NCBI GenBank assembly: GCA_964016885.1
Contig: CAXHJY010000609.1
Coordinates: 1-42,120 of the forward strand
Source of the DNA: Eledone cirrhosa
Lineage: Eukaryota
Length of the DNA: 42,120 nt
Reading direction: 5' to 3'
Part shown: positions 26,903 through 38,754 of the stretch, piece by piece
Layout of the letters: each line of letters starts with the position of its first letter
Position numbering within the stretch: the stretch's first letter is position 1
Position numbers and translations under genes: made by a program
The notes under the pieces: model-generated
Seen by the model: the letters and a program-made list of their open reading frames with translations, nothing else
Databases searched by the model: none
Told to the model about the DNA's origin: nothing

Positions 26903-29172
26903 ACATTTGCCTGCCTCAACCTATTCCTCCAAGATCACTGTGAAAATAATAACATCATCACAGACGAACAAGCAGCTGGAAAGAAAAGGGTTTAGGGATG
27001 TGCTGAACAACTCCTAATCAACAAAACTGCGATGTCGGAGGTACGACAACTTAGGAGGAATATGACTACAGTCTGGCTGGACTACAAGAAAGCTTTCGAT
27101 TCTGTTCCCCTCTCTTGGATGATAAAGGCCCTCCAACTTGCTAAAGTCCCAGACATTATTGTCAGAGCCATAGAGAGGCTGTCTTCTTCTTGGGCTACTA
27201 TCCTAAGGTTAAAGACAGAGAGGGAGGACTCTATTTTCACTGATAAAATAAAATATTGCAGGGGTATATTTCAGGGGGACAGTCTCTCTGTGATATTGTT
27301 CATCTTGTCATTAAACCCCTTGTCCTTTCTGCTCAAGAAATGTGAGGGATACATCATTGGCTCACAGGAGGACAGAAATACGAACCTAACCCATAACTTC
27401 TTTGTGGACGATCTGAAACTCTATGCCAAGAACATGGATGGGATGAAGAAAAATCTTGACCTGGTTACAACGTTCTCAAAGGATATAGGAATGGAGTTTG
27501 GCCAAGATAAATGCTCATACATGACTGTAAAGCGGGGAAAAACAACAACCCAATCTACCGATATCTGATGAGGACTGCTACAGATACCTGGGGATAGATG
27601 AGAACATATCCTATAATGGTATCTGTAATAAAGAACGCGTAACCAGGGAATACTACACCCGATTAAGAAAGATCTGGTCATCGGAACTCTCTGCCCAAAA
27701 CAAAACAGTGGCTCACAATGTGTTTGCTGTGCCTGTCCTAACACCAACGTTTGGAATACTCAATTGGACGATAGACGAAATCCGAGCAGTTGATGTTGGA
27801 ACTCGAAAAATACTGAGCAACACCGGAAACTTCCACATCAACAGTGACATAGACCCCCTTTACTTGAAACGTAAGCAGGGAGGCAGAGGCCTAACATCAG
27901 TCCAGACAACATTTAAAAGTCGCATCATATCTCTCCGACAACATCTACGAACCTCGAAGTGTAGGAGCCCGCTTCTCGAGCAAGTCTATCTGCATGAAAC
28001 AGATAAGATCATGAGAGTTGGGAAGGAACTCCTTGAGAGATATTCCCTGTGTGATAATCAAAAACTCACACCCAGGGATGTCGCTCAGCAGTATCGCAGT
28101 GAATCCATGGATGAAAAACTGCATGCCTATCAGCAAAAAATCATGCATGGATATGTTGCCAGGAAGCTCCAGGGTGAGAGTAATATAGATAAGGAAAGTA
28201 GTCTATCTTGGACCAACAACCGCTGTATTGGCTCCCACTTTGAAGGATACACTTTTGCAATCCAGGAACAGGAGATTAGCGCGAAATACCTGATTCACAA
28301 AAGAGATGGGGATGCAGGCAAAACACCTAGATGTGATAACAAGTGCAGACTCTGCAGAACTAACATCGAGGATATCACCCATGTCATCAGCTGCCCAAAG
28401 ATGACATCGCGGTACTATCTACCTATGAGGCATGATGTAGTGGCCAAAACACTGTACAACGCAGTTCGTAAAAAAGATAGCCCCGATAATAAACACATTA
28501 AAAGCTACAACAATGTGGAAGACATCCATATACATAATATGAAAGAGTACTGGTGGAATGTTCCAGTAAAAACCCCAATAATAGGCAGGCATAACAGACC
28601 AGATATTATGATATGAGACAGGGAGAAGAAAACATGCACAGTAGTGGAAATTAGCTGCCCAGCAGATGCCAATATAATATCAAAGATTAGTGAAAAGGAG
28701 AATATTTATGCAGAACTGGTGAGAAATCTGCAGATACTCCACCCTGATTACACCTTCAGATGTATGCCTGTGATTATTGGGGCACTGGGATATGTTAGTA
28801 ACTGCCTCAATACAAATCTTGAGAAGCTAGGCTTCACAGGAACAGAAAGAACACAACTAGTTAGAAAATTACAAGTACAATCCATTAATGGAACAGTAAA
28901 AATATGTAAAACATTCCAAAAATTGTGCATCTAATAACTGCATATACACATCTACAGATACAAAGCATATACACATGCACACATACAACTCAAAACATCC
29001 ACATCCACACATACAATAACATCCATATCTACACATGCATGCATACATACATACATATCTACCTAGTTGATGTTGTGTAAATTCCAATGAGAGAGTCTTG
29101 TGTCTATGTTAGAAACCGACTCTCTCTCTATTGGTAAAACTTTGTGAAATTATAAAACCAGAAGAACATATA
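26903..29172 (+). mobile_element. 5'-truncated, disrupted R4/Dong-clade non-LTR retrotransposon (RT, CCHC, restriction-like endonuclease)
   Basis: WLDYKKAFDSVP, IFQGDSLS, FVDDLKLYA, LYLKRKQGGRGL, CRLC..H..C, RHD, NRPD..EISCP; premature stops (~26991, 28614) and a deletion/frameshift near 27565; flanked by (CATA)n. Confidence 0.93.
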
Positions 29173-29199
29173 CTCACATAAATACATACATACAATCCA

Positions 29200-29547
29200 T
29201 ACAATGCAATCCGTAAAAAAGATAGCCCCGATAATAAACACATTAAAAGCTGCAGCAATGTGGAGGACATCCATGTACATAATATGAAAGAGTACTGGTG
29301 GAATGTTCCAGTAAAGACCCCAATAAAATGCAGGCATAACAGACCAGATATGATATGGGACAGGGAGAAGAAGGCATGCACAGTAGTGGAGGTTAGCTGC
29401 CCAGCAGATGCCAATATAATATCAAAGATTAGTGAAAAGGAGAATATTTATGCAGAACTAATGAGAAATCTGCAGATACTCCACTCTTATTAGACCTTCA
29501 GATTTATGCCTGTGATTATTGAAACACTGGGGTATGTTAGAAACTGC
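29200..29547 (+). mobile_element. Second R4/Dong fragment (endonuclease region; homologue of 28455-28805)
   Basis: YWWNVPVKTPIKCRHNRPDMIWDREKKACTVVEVSCPAD. Confidence 0.92.
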
Positions 29548-29779
29548 ATGTGTATGGCGTATGTAATAAGATCTTAACAAATTTCGCATTTCATTTTTAA
29601 AGATGTGCTTAGATTTTTAAAAGGTAAAACACAGATTAAGACTTCTACACACATCCAAACACACATATAGTAATAATAATAAATGTGAAGACTAAAATCC
29701 GAAGAGGGCTCGGTAAGGAAAAATATATATCAAATATATAAGAACCGTAGAGCAAATATTTATTAAAATAACAGATTTA

Positions 29780-29899
<120 letters not shown>

Positions 29900-29930
29900 A
29901 GTGTAATTTTCTACACAAAACGAAGGTTAT

Positions 29931-30292
29931 AGAGAAAATTGAGGTTGGTAATGGCACATGGAATATATAAGAGACAGAATACTTTTTTGTGAAAAAACAT
30001 ATAATTTTATAAGGTAAGGAAATAATAAAGGGTATAAAAAATGACCGGTTTCGATGGGTCTGCAAAAGCCATCTTTTCAAATGTTGATTAATATTAAGAA
30101 AAATTAATAATACGAAGAGTTAAAATTTGAGATTTGAAAATTCAAGTATAAAATTCATTGTGGGATTTCATAGTAGTTTTCATCTAGGTAGCAACAACAG
30201 TCTATTATTTCCTTACCTTATAAAATTATATGTTTTTTCACAAAAAAGTATTCTGTCTCTTATATATTCCATATGCCATTACCAACCTCAAT

Positions 30293-30299
<7 letters not shown>
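29931..30299. repeat. 97-bp inverted repeat (29931-30027 / 30203-30299) with hammerhead remnant in the spacer
   Basis: Near-identical arms; spacer on minus reads GATGG..CCATC-GAAAC-CG-GTC with the CTGANGA core degraded. Confidence 0.9.
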
Positions 30300-30335
<36 letters not shown>

Positions 30336-30484
30336 CAATCAGTAAATATGTGGCTGCTATTTGCAGTATAGCAATATAAGGTTGCACTTACCAATGAAAC
30401 GGTCGTAAATACCTGGATAAAATCCTTTTTTTAATGTTTACCTGTGTTTTCTCTTTTATCCTATATCAGTATATATATATATCA

Positions 30485-30517
<33 letters not shown>

Positions 30518-30521
<4 letters not shown>

Positions 30522-30644
30522 AAAACAAGAGCAAGAATGAAGGGTTCATTCTACTGACATGGCTATAAAATGGAGGCTTGTTTGCATAATTGCAAACGAA
30601 TCGAATGTTATTATTAATATTCGAAAACTCAGATTACATTTATT
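30518..30644 (+). repeat. ~127-bp dispersed repeat, homologue of 33702-33830
   Basis: ATGCCAA.A.AAGAGCAAGAATGAAG.GTTCATTCTACTGACATGGCT..CAGATTACATTTATT occurs twice. Confidence 0.9.
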
Positions 30645-30738
30645 GTATTCAGCCATGTAGAGCGACAACTTTTTTTTATGTATATATATATATATATATA
30701 TCAGTATATATGTACTTGTCTATAGATTACTAATTCAA

Positions 30739-30793
30739 ACTGCCTGAAGAGGTCACAGCCAAAGATGGCTGTCACTGAAATATATATAGCAGT
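30739..30793 (+). ncRNA. Type I hammerhead ribozyme with intact core (minimal stem III)
   Basis: Stem I ACTGC/GCAGT, CTGAAGA, stem II GGTCACAGCCA-AAGA-TGGCTGTCACT, GAAA, TATATA, ATA cleavage (30788), AATAAA immediately after. Confidence 0.85.
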
Positions 30794-30970
30794 AATAAAC
30801 GAAGCTAAATTTTAATCATTTGACTTTTATTTAACTTTATTTTATATCAGTATATATATATAGAGAGAGAGAAAAGATGAAGTGGAAATAGCACGAGAGA
30901 TATGTTTAGGGGTCTGTTTTTCTTTTTTGAATCGTCAAAATGGCATTATTAAAAAGATAGTGTTATATCA

Positions 30971-31011
<41 letters not shown>

Positions 31012-31133
31012 TATATATATAAGTATATATATAGACATCAGTATATATATAAGTATATATATAGACATCAGTATATATATATAAGTATATATATAGACAT
31101 CAGTATATATATAAGTATATATATAGACATCAG

Positions 31134-31166
<33 letters not shown>

Positions 31167-31323
31167 GAGTTAAACAAGTTTTACAGTAGATTGGAAGCAC
31201 TCTACAGTTGATATTTTCCAGAGTTATTAATATTAATTCAAATATTAACAAAATAGATATTCTTGCGATGAATTAAATTTTATTATACATATTTCAGAGG
31301 TACTGAATTAAATCTTAACTACC

Positions 31324-31347
31324 TTTGGTTACTCCGGAGTAACCAAA
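31324..31347. repeat. Perfect 24-bp palindrome
   Basis: TTTGGTTACTCC|GGAGTAACCAAA; GGAGTAACCA also occurs at the element terminus near 11668. Confidence 0.9.
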
Positions 31348-31416
31348 CCAATCTGCGCACTTCGTCGAGTGCTCCAATCTGCATTCTGAGGTGTTGGTAT
31401 ACAACCAACATATACT

Positions 31417-31492
<76 letters not shown>

Positions 31493-31892
31493 TCGGCTGC
31501 TATTTCTAGTTGTCGATAACCCTATTCATGCCACTGGGATGAAGCTGGTACGATGTGTGTATTTTAAAAATATACGACACGTGCTGCTAGTCATTCGCAG
31601 ATTTGAATTTGTTGTGTAAACACAGATAGTTAGATCTTCTCCCTTGTTGAAAATCCGTGATTTGGCTACTGTGGTTTAACGACCGATTAATGGTGAAATA
31701 TATTTCTTTAATGAAATATATACAAGGAAGATTAATCACTTTATAAGGTATCTGTTTATGAAGCTCTAATTAAACTTTAATTAGTTACCTACCTAGCTAT
31801 GTGTGCTTATACACTTTTACAAATTATTCCCTGTGATTGTTTCATATGTTTATTTTAGATATATATATATATATATGTCAATCAATTTCTAG

Positions 31893-31975
<83 letters not shown>

Positions 31976-32156
31976 TAACTAATTAAAGTTTAAGCAATAG
32001 CTAAGCACATAGATAGATAGATTAATAGATAGGGAGATAGATATGTAGGTAGAGAGGGAGAGATTGGTATATAGTTTGAAAGAAAGCAAGAACGTGGTGC
32101 GGGAGTGAGAGGCGGAGGAGGGTGATATTTATATATAGATACATAGATAGATAGAT

Positions 32157-32215
<59 letters not shown>

Positions 32216-32679
32216 TAGATAGATATGTTTATAGATAGATAGATAGCTAGATAGGTAAAGAGAAAGATGAGAGAAAGGGAGGGACGGAAAAGAGAGATAA
32301 AGACATATAGAGAGAAAGAAAAAGTCAGAAAGAGTGAGAGAGAGAAAGAGAGAGAGACAGCGAGAGAAAAGGAAGGAGAAGATGGAGGGAGGGATGTAGA
32401 GGGTGTGAGTCAGGAAGCTTCTATTTTGCTTAAATATCATTCTTTCAAAATTATAGAAATTACCGCTCACCCCCGCTGACAGCTCGCTAATTGCAAATAA
32501 CTGCGCATCAGCATGTGGAACCATATTCACTATTTATGCAACGGAATTGCAATTTCAGCTGCATTATATGCATTTTAATGAAAAAAATATATTATTTAAA
32601 TCAGAAATAAAAGAACGAATTGAATAGAAAGTTATTAGTTTTAGTATTGCATGATAACGTGTGCTATACGAGGGAGTGT

Positions 32680-32753
<74 letters not shown>

Positions 32754-32765
32754 GTTATATATATG

Positions 32766-32923
32766 TATGTTGTGTCTGCGTGTGGGTTTGTGTTACTAGT
32801 TTGTATCAATATATATATATATACTGTTTCTATACATACATATATATATACATGTATGTATATGAACAGTATATATATATTGATACAAACAAGTAACACA
32901 AACCCACACGCAGACACAACATA
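32766..32923. repeat. ~50-bp inverted repeat with a third degenerate copy at ~33043-33090
   Basis: TATGTTGTGTCTGCGTGTGGGTTTGTGTTACTAGTTTGTATCAAT and its reverse complement, 1 mismatch. Confidence 0.85.
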
Positions 32924-32928
32924 TATAT

Positions 32929-32992
<64 letters not shown>

Positions 32993-33419
32993 AATATGTG
33001 TATATATATATGTTGTATCAATATATATATTTATATATATATATTGATACAAACAAGGAACACATAACCACACGAACACGCAACATACATATATAACCAG
33101 CCCCACATTCGCAGACACATATATATTTATGTATGTATAAACATTTATATATGAGCGCGTTTATATATATTCATCATTTTCTATCTATGCATACATAAGC
33201 AAACAGAAATTACAGAAATACACACACGCGCGCACACATACATATGTATCTCTCTCTCTTTATATACACATGTACTTATGTATGTATATACTGTTATGCA
33301 GTCTCGAAAAATTATAAATTTGAAAATCTATTTAAAGTATTTATCATTTTTCAACTGACAGATACATACGTACAATTGTCGTGTTTACATGTCTATATAC
33401 TGCAAATATGTAAATTTAT

Positions 33420-33827
33420 ATGGCCGGCTTTGCCAAATTCAAATAAAAATTTTCTTTTTTATTTGAATTTGGCAAAGCCGGCCATTTATCGCTCGTATAC
33501 AGGAAATTGACTGGCCAGTCTGCTGATATGCAAATCTGGCTGATCAGTGGATCTGCTGATATGCAAATCAGGCTGATCAGCCAATGTGTATTTTTGGAAA
33601 TAGCATATATTTTCACTAGCTCTGACAGTTTGGCAGGTGAACAGTGAGCTGTACTGATGAAGGGTGATACCCAGAAACATTAGTGTCTACAGTTCTGTTC
33701 GGATGCCAACATAAGAGCAAGAATGAAGTGTTCATTCTACTGACATGGCTTTAAAATTGAGGCTTGTTTCCATAATTTCAAACGAATCGAATGTTATTAT
33801 TAATATTCAATAAACGCAGATTACATT

Positions 33828-33830
<3 letters not shown>
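33420..33830 (+). mobile_element. Non-coding Penelope-type module: 30-bp fold-back, two ATGCAAAT-containing repeats, hammerhead, AATAAA tail
   Basis: Inverted repeat 33420-33449 / 33456-33485; TCTGCTGATATGCAAATC.GGCTGATCAG twice; hammerhead 33646-33695; tail shared with 30518-30644. Confidence 0.7.
33646..33695 (+). ncRNA. Type I hammerhead ribozyme with intact core
   Basis: Stem I GAGCTGTA/TACAGTTC (8 bp), CTGATGA, stem II A-GGGT-GAT-ACCC-A, GAAAC, stem III ACA-TTAG-TGT, GUC cleavage (33687). Confidence 0.85.
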
Positions 33831-33861
<31 letters not shown>

Positions 33862-33961
33862 AATGTAATCTGAGTATATATATACATTATATATATATAT
33901 ATATATATACATTATATATATATAATAAATGCAATCTGAGTATATATATATATATATATAC

Positions 33962-34014
<53 letters not shown>

Positions 34015-34061
34015 TATATATATATAATAAATGCAATCTGAGTATATATATATATATATAC

Positions 34062-34118
<57 letters not shown>

Positions 34119-34148
34119 AATGTAATCTGAGTGTATATATATATATAC

Positions 34149-34185
<37 letters not shown>

Positions 34186-34247
34186 GCTTAGATTACATCA
34201 TTTATTATATATATATATATATATGTATATAATCTTAGATTACATTT

Positions 34248-34301
<54 letters not shown>

Positions 34302-34317
34302 TGTATAAAACATGTTT

Positions 34318-34389
34318 ACAGATACGTGTGTTGTATTCACTTTGTCAGCTTGAGCATCATCGATTTGACTCAGTCATTTCCTCAGTCTG
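34318..34389 (-). ncRNA. Degenerate hammerhead
   Basis: Minus: CAGA-CTGAGGA..GAATAC..GTA/TCTG; GAAA mutated. Confidence 0.4.
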
Positions 34390-34528
34390 GCAACCTGAGA
34401 GTGAATGAAACACATCCATCTGTAAACCTGTGTTGTTGATGGAATATAACACCGTATAACATCATTCACCCCTTCCATTGAATATTGTGGCAACTTTGGA
34501 TGTTTATTACGAAATTCATTTACACTAC

Positions 34529-34598
<70 letters not shown>

Positions 34599-34600
<2 letters not shown>

Positions 34601-34636
34601 CTTCTGATGAAAAAGTGGCGTCCGAAATGTAAAGAT
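34599..34636 (+). ncRNA. Degenerate hammerhead
   Basis: ATCTT-CTGATGA-13 nt-GAAA-TG-TA/AAGAT; stem I perfect, stems II and III eroded. Confidence 0.5.
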
Positions 34637-35241
34637 TCCTTTCTTATATCAAGCGTTAAATTAATATAGTTCTTTATTGTACTGTGATGTTTGCTTTGTT
34701 GTTTCCGTTCACCTTCTGCATATACATACATTCACTTCCACTTTGGGAGCGATCACGTGTCTCAGATCTGAACCTGCTACATTTTTTTGATGGCACCAAT
34801 TGGACAAGTATGAGTCTTTTTAATGAACTCGTCCATTCCTAGGAGGCTTTCAGCCACTGAAGACGTCTATCTGGCGCTGACTTATGTAATCTCTGCAGAT
34901 ATTACGTCTCTACTGTGAATAGAGGTTGCAGCTGGCACTATTGTTGACAGACTGGAGCACAGAAACTGTTTAATAGTCCGGGATTACAGGTTATATAACT
35001 ACCCACACCTTGTCGTTCATCTTATTGATTAACGTATGTGTGCACTGTTTTCTGTATTGTTTGTGTGACTTTGTGTTCGGTATAAATGTTTGCCGGACAA
35101 ATGCACTACCATTTACGCAACGTAATTATTAGTCTATTGTATTTCCTCAAAGTACGGCGAAATCTTCTGATTCAATTCAATTCTCGAACTCCACTCGCGT
35201 TTTCTAAACTTACGTTTATTGTCTCTCTCTCTCTCTGCCTC

Positions 35242-35326
<85 letters not shown>

Positions 35327-35464
35327 TATATGCATGCATTCATTTATACACACACACACATCCACAACCCATCCTCACAATGGCGCCAAATGAAAATTAC
35401 AAAATGGGTGCAAAGCATTTATTATTCTATACATGAATAAAGCAATATACTCTGTACCATCTTG

Positions 35465-35510
<46 letters not shown>

Positions 35511-35659
35511 AATCAGTTCTGAGTTTAATCTAATCGGTAAATTTACACTCACAGTAGATCTACAATATCGCCGAGCATACAATCTCCATTCCGAAAACAT
35601 AAGCAAATATAATCAATTAAATAATTAATGTAAATTAATCCAGCTTATTTTTATTCATT

Positions 35660-35945
35660 ATTTCATCCTTATGGGGTCGATAAAATAAAGTACCAGTAAT
35701 GTACTGGGTAATTGCTGGCCTTGTGCCTAAAGTAGAAACAATTATTTATATATATATAGGTGAATTGGCAGTATCAGTAGAGGGTTGGACGCCATGCTTT
35801 CTAGCATAGTTACGTCCCTTTACGGTTTGAGTTCAAATCCCGTCGAGGTTAACTTTGCCTTTCATCCTTACGGGGTCGATAAAATAAAGTACCAGTAATG
35901 TACTGGGTAATTGCTGGCCTTGTGCCAAAAGTAGAAACAATTATT
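35660..35945 (+). mobile_element. Tandem SINEs: 3' fragment (35660-35745) plus full copy (35759-35945)
   Basis: Close match to 4772-4957. Confidence 0.9.
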
Positions 35946-36419
35946 TATATATATATATATATATATTTCGAAGGAAATCATCAGGGCTTTTCCACAGACA
36001 CACAACAATACACACAGACATACATTCACACAAACATATAGATTTTTCAGCATCCTCTTCCATCCTTTTACACGCATATACATTCATACAAACACACATA
36101 TACACATACAGACACGTGTGACGGACAGAAGGTAGTCACTGAAAATTATATATAGATTTTAGTAAGTCTATTTCAATTATTCGACATCACACATTGATAT
36201 TCTGATAGGAAGAAAAATATATAATACCATCAATAAATATAATAACAAGAATACATTCTTGTATGGAATAAATATTCTGCAGTTCCAGGAATTCGACAAA
36301 AGAAAAAACAATATATTAAGATTCTACCTTAGGTGATGAGGCACTAGTTCTCCTATCTTGTTTATTTCTAATATTTATCAAATGTGTCACATATTTGAGG
36401 ATGGGTACTGACGCTTATA

Positions 36420-37830
36420 GGAGGCGAATTGTCGGAGTCGTAAGAACGTCAGATAGAATGGTAGACTGGTTAGAACGTCAGGTAGAATGGTAGACTGGTT
36501 AGAACGTCAGGTAGAATGGCAGTGGTTAGAACGTCAGATAGAATGGCAGTCATTAGAACGTCAGATAGAATGACAGTCGTTAGAACGTCAGATAGAATGG
36601 CAGTCGTTAGAACGTCAGATAGAATGACAGTCATTAGAACGTCAGATAGAATGGTAGACTGGTTAGAACGTCAGGTAGAATGGCAGTCGTTAGAACGTCA
36701 GATAGAATGGCAGTCGTTAGAACGTCAGATAGAATGACAGTCATTAGAACGTCAGATAGAATGGTAGAGTGGTTAGAACGTCAGATAGAATGACAGTCGT
36801 TAGAATGTCAGATAGAATGGCAGTCGCTAGAACGTCAGATCGAATGGTAGAGTAGTTAGAACGTCAGATAGGATGACAGTCGTTAGAACGTTAGATAGAA
36901 TGGTAGAGTGGTTAGAACGTCAGACAGAATGGCAGTCGTTAGAACGTTAGATAGAATGGTAGACTGGTTAGAACGTCAGATAGAATGACATTCGTTAGAA
37001 CGTCAGATAGAATGGTAGTGTGGTTAGAACGTCAGATAGAATGGCAGTCGTTAGAACGTCAGATAGAATGGAAGAGTGGTTAGAACGTTAGATAGAATGG
37101 CAGTCATTAGAACGTCAGATAGAATGGTAGAGTGGTTAGAACGTCAGATAGAATGACAGTCATTAGAACATCAGATAGAATGGCAGTCATTAGAACATCA
37201 GATAGAATGACAGTCATTAGAACATCAGATAGAATGGTAGAGTGGTTAGAACGTCAGATAGAATGACAGTCGTTAGAACGTCAGATAGAATGGCAGTCCT
37301 TAGAACGTCAGATAGAATGGTAGAGTGGTCAGAACGTCAGATAGAATGGCAGTCGTTAGAACGTCAGATAGAATGGCAGTCGTTAGAACGTCAGATAGAA
37401 TGGCAGTCGTTAGAACGTCAGATAGAATGACACTCGTTAGAACGTCAGATAGAATGGCAGTCGTTAGAACGTCAGATAGAATGGCAGTCGTTAGAACGTC
37501 AGATAGAATGGCAGTAGTTAGAACGTCAGATAGAATGGCAGTAGTTAGAACGTCAGATAGAATGGCAGTAGTTAGAACGTCAGATAGACTGCTTTATGGT
37601 ACTCGTTTTGGCTCTCAGCACCCTCAGTTCAAATCCCGCCGAGGTCAACTTTGTCTTTCATCCTTTTGAGGTCGATTAAAAAAAGTACCAGTCTAGTACT
37701 GGGGTCAATTTTTCCTCTCTCTGGAAGAAATCTGCTGTACTCAGGCCTGGAGAGGGATGGGCTCCACCAGGAACGCCGTATGTCAATACTGTGCCTCTAC
37801 GCCTCTATCAGGAGTTACGGGACAATACCA
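36420..37830 (+). mobile_element. Long-form SINE with internally amplified head and 14-bp TSD
   Basis: TSD TACTGAC(G/A)CTTATA at 36406-36419 and 37831-37844; B-box near 37627; body matches 20281-20638. Confidence 0.88.
36430..37588 (+). repeat. 27/29-bp minisatellite, ~41 units
   Basis: TGGCAGTCGTTAGAACGTCAGATAGAA (27) and TGGTAGAGTGGTTAGAACGTCAGATAGAA (29) interspersed. Confidence 0.97.
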
Positions 37831-38754
37831 TACTGACACTTATAACGGCTCTCAATACTTCACTGCTAATCTATTATCTCAACACCGGTTATGGTGAAAT
37901 CTGACAGTATAAACAATGAAATAAGAGAAAGTAGTCCGACACTTTAACAATTGGTCAGTTTCCGGCCACTTCCTCTCCGCACCGGTCGCCGTCCAGACCT
38001 CAGGTGTACTTGGACCCAGCACTGCCGAACTCCGCAAGATCGGAACGACGGCGGCCCGTCTGAGGAAAGAAACCCGCGAGGTGGGGTGACTGTTGCTGCG
38101 AGTGTCGCTGACCATAAACTGCGGGAATGCTTTTGCGGTAATGTTCGCGGGTCGCAGCCCCGTTACCGCCGCGCCCTAGGCCCAATCACTCTCCTCTTAC
38201 CCCTCCTTATTCTTCCGTGACACTAGAGCCATTGCCTTTGCCTTTCTTTTCCGTTTTTTTCTATATTTTTTTATTTTACATTCCATTCTTTCTTCTCAAT
38301 CTAATTTTTTTTTTCATTTTCTATAAAATTGTTAAAAGCTGTTGACATTATGTAGTCTCTGACACAGACGCCACGGGTATAAGGGAGTGTAATGTTCTAT
38401 TGAATACAGAGAACATGAAAGTCAACGCTGACTTCAGCAGGATTTTAAATCAGGATGTTAGGAATTTTGTTCTAAAATTTCGGCTTTTTTACAGTTTAGT
38501 TAGGGGCGAAAAACTGTCAAGTTCCACATTTAGGTTCTATGAAACTGTTGAAAGAAGAGAGAGAGGGAGAGAGTGACTGAGTGAGTGAGTGAGTGAGAGA
38601 GTGAGAGAGAGAGGGAGGGAGAGAGAGAGCCGAAGATATCGTCAAACTTGGCTGGAAAGTTTACAAGTGTGGAGTCCACTAAAGACAGCCAAGAAACCAA
38701 GAAACATGAAGTAGTGGAAGTGTTAAACTGGGCGACATATTAAGTCCCCTATTA

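Noticed and set aside
27032-28934. RT/endonuclease ORFs as an active element or host gene
   Set aside because: 5'-truncated with premature stops and a frameshifting deletion; CTGATGA at ~27565 is coding sequence, not a ribozyme.
34855-34985. CTGAAGA plus distant GAAACTG..TAGTC
   Set aside because: The halves are ~100 nt apart with no matching stem I.
36430-37588. CRISPR array or MAVVRTSDR repeat protein
   Set aside because: Variable parts are only short variants of two unit types; 29-bp units break the frame; the array lies inside a SINE.
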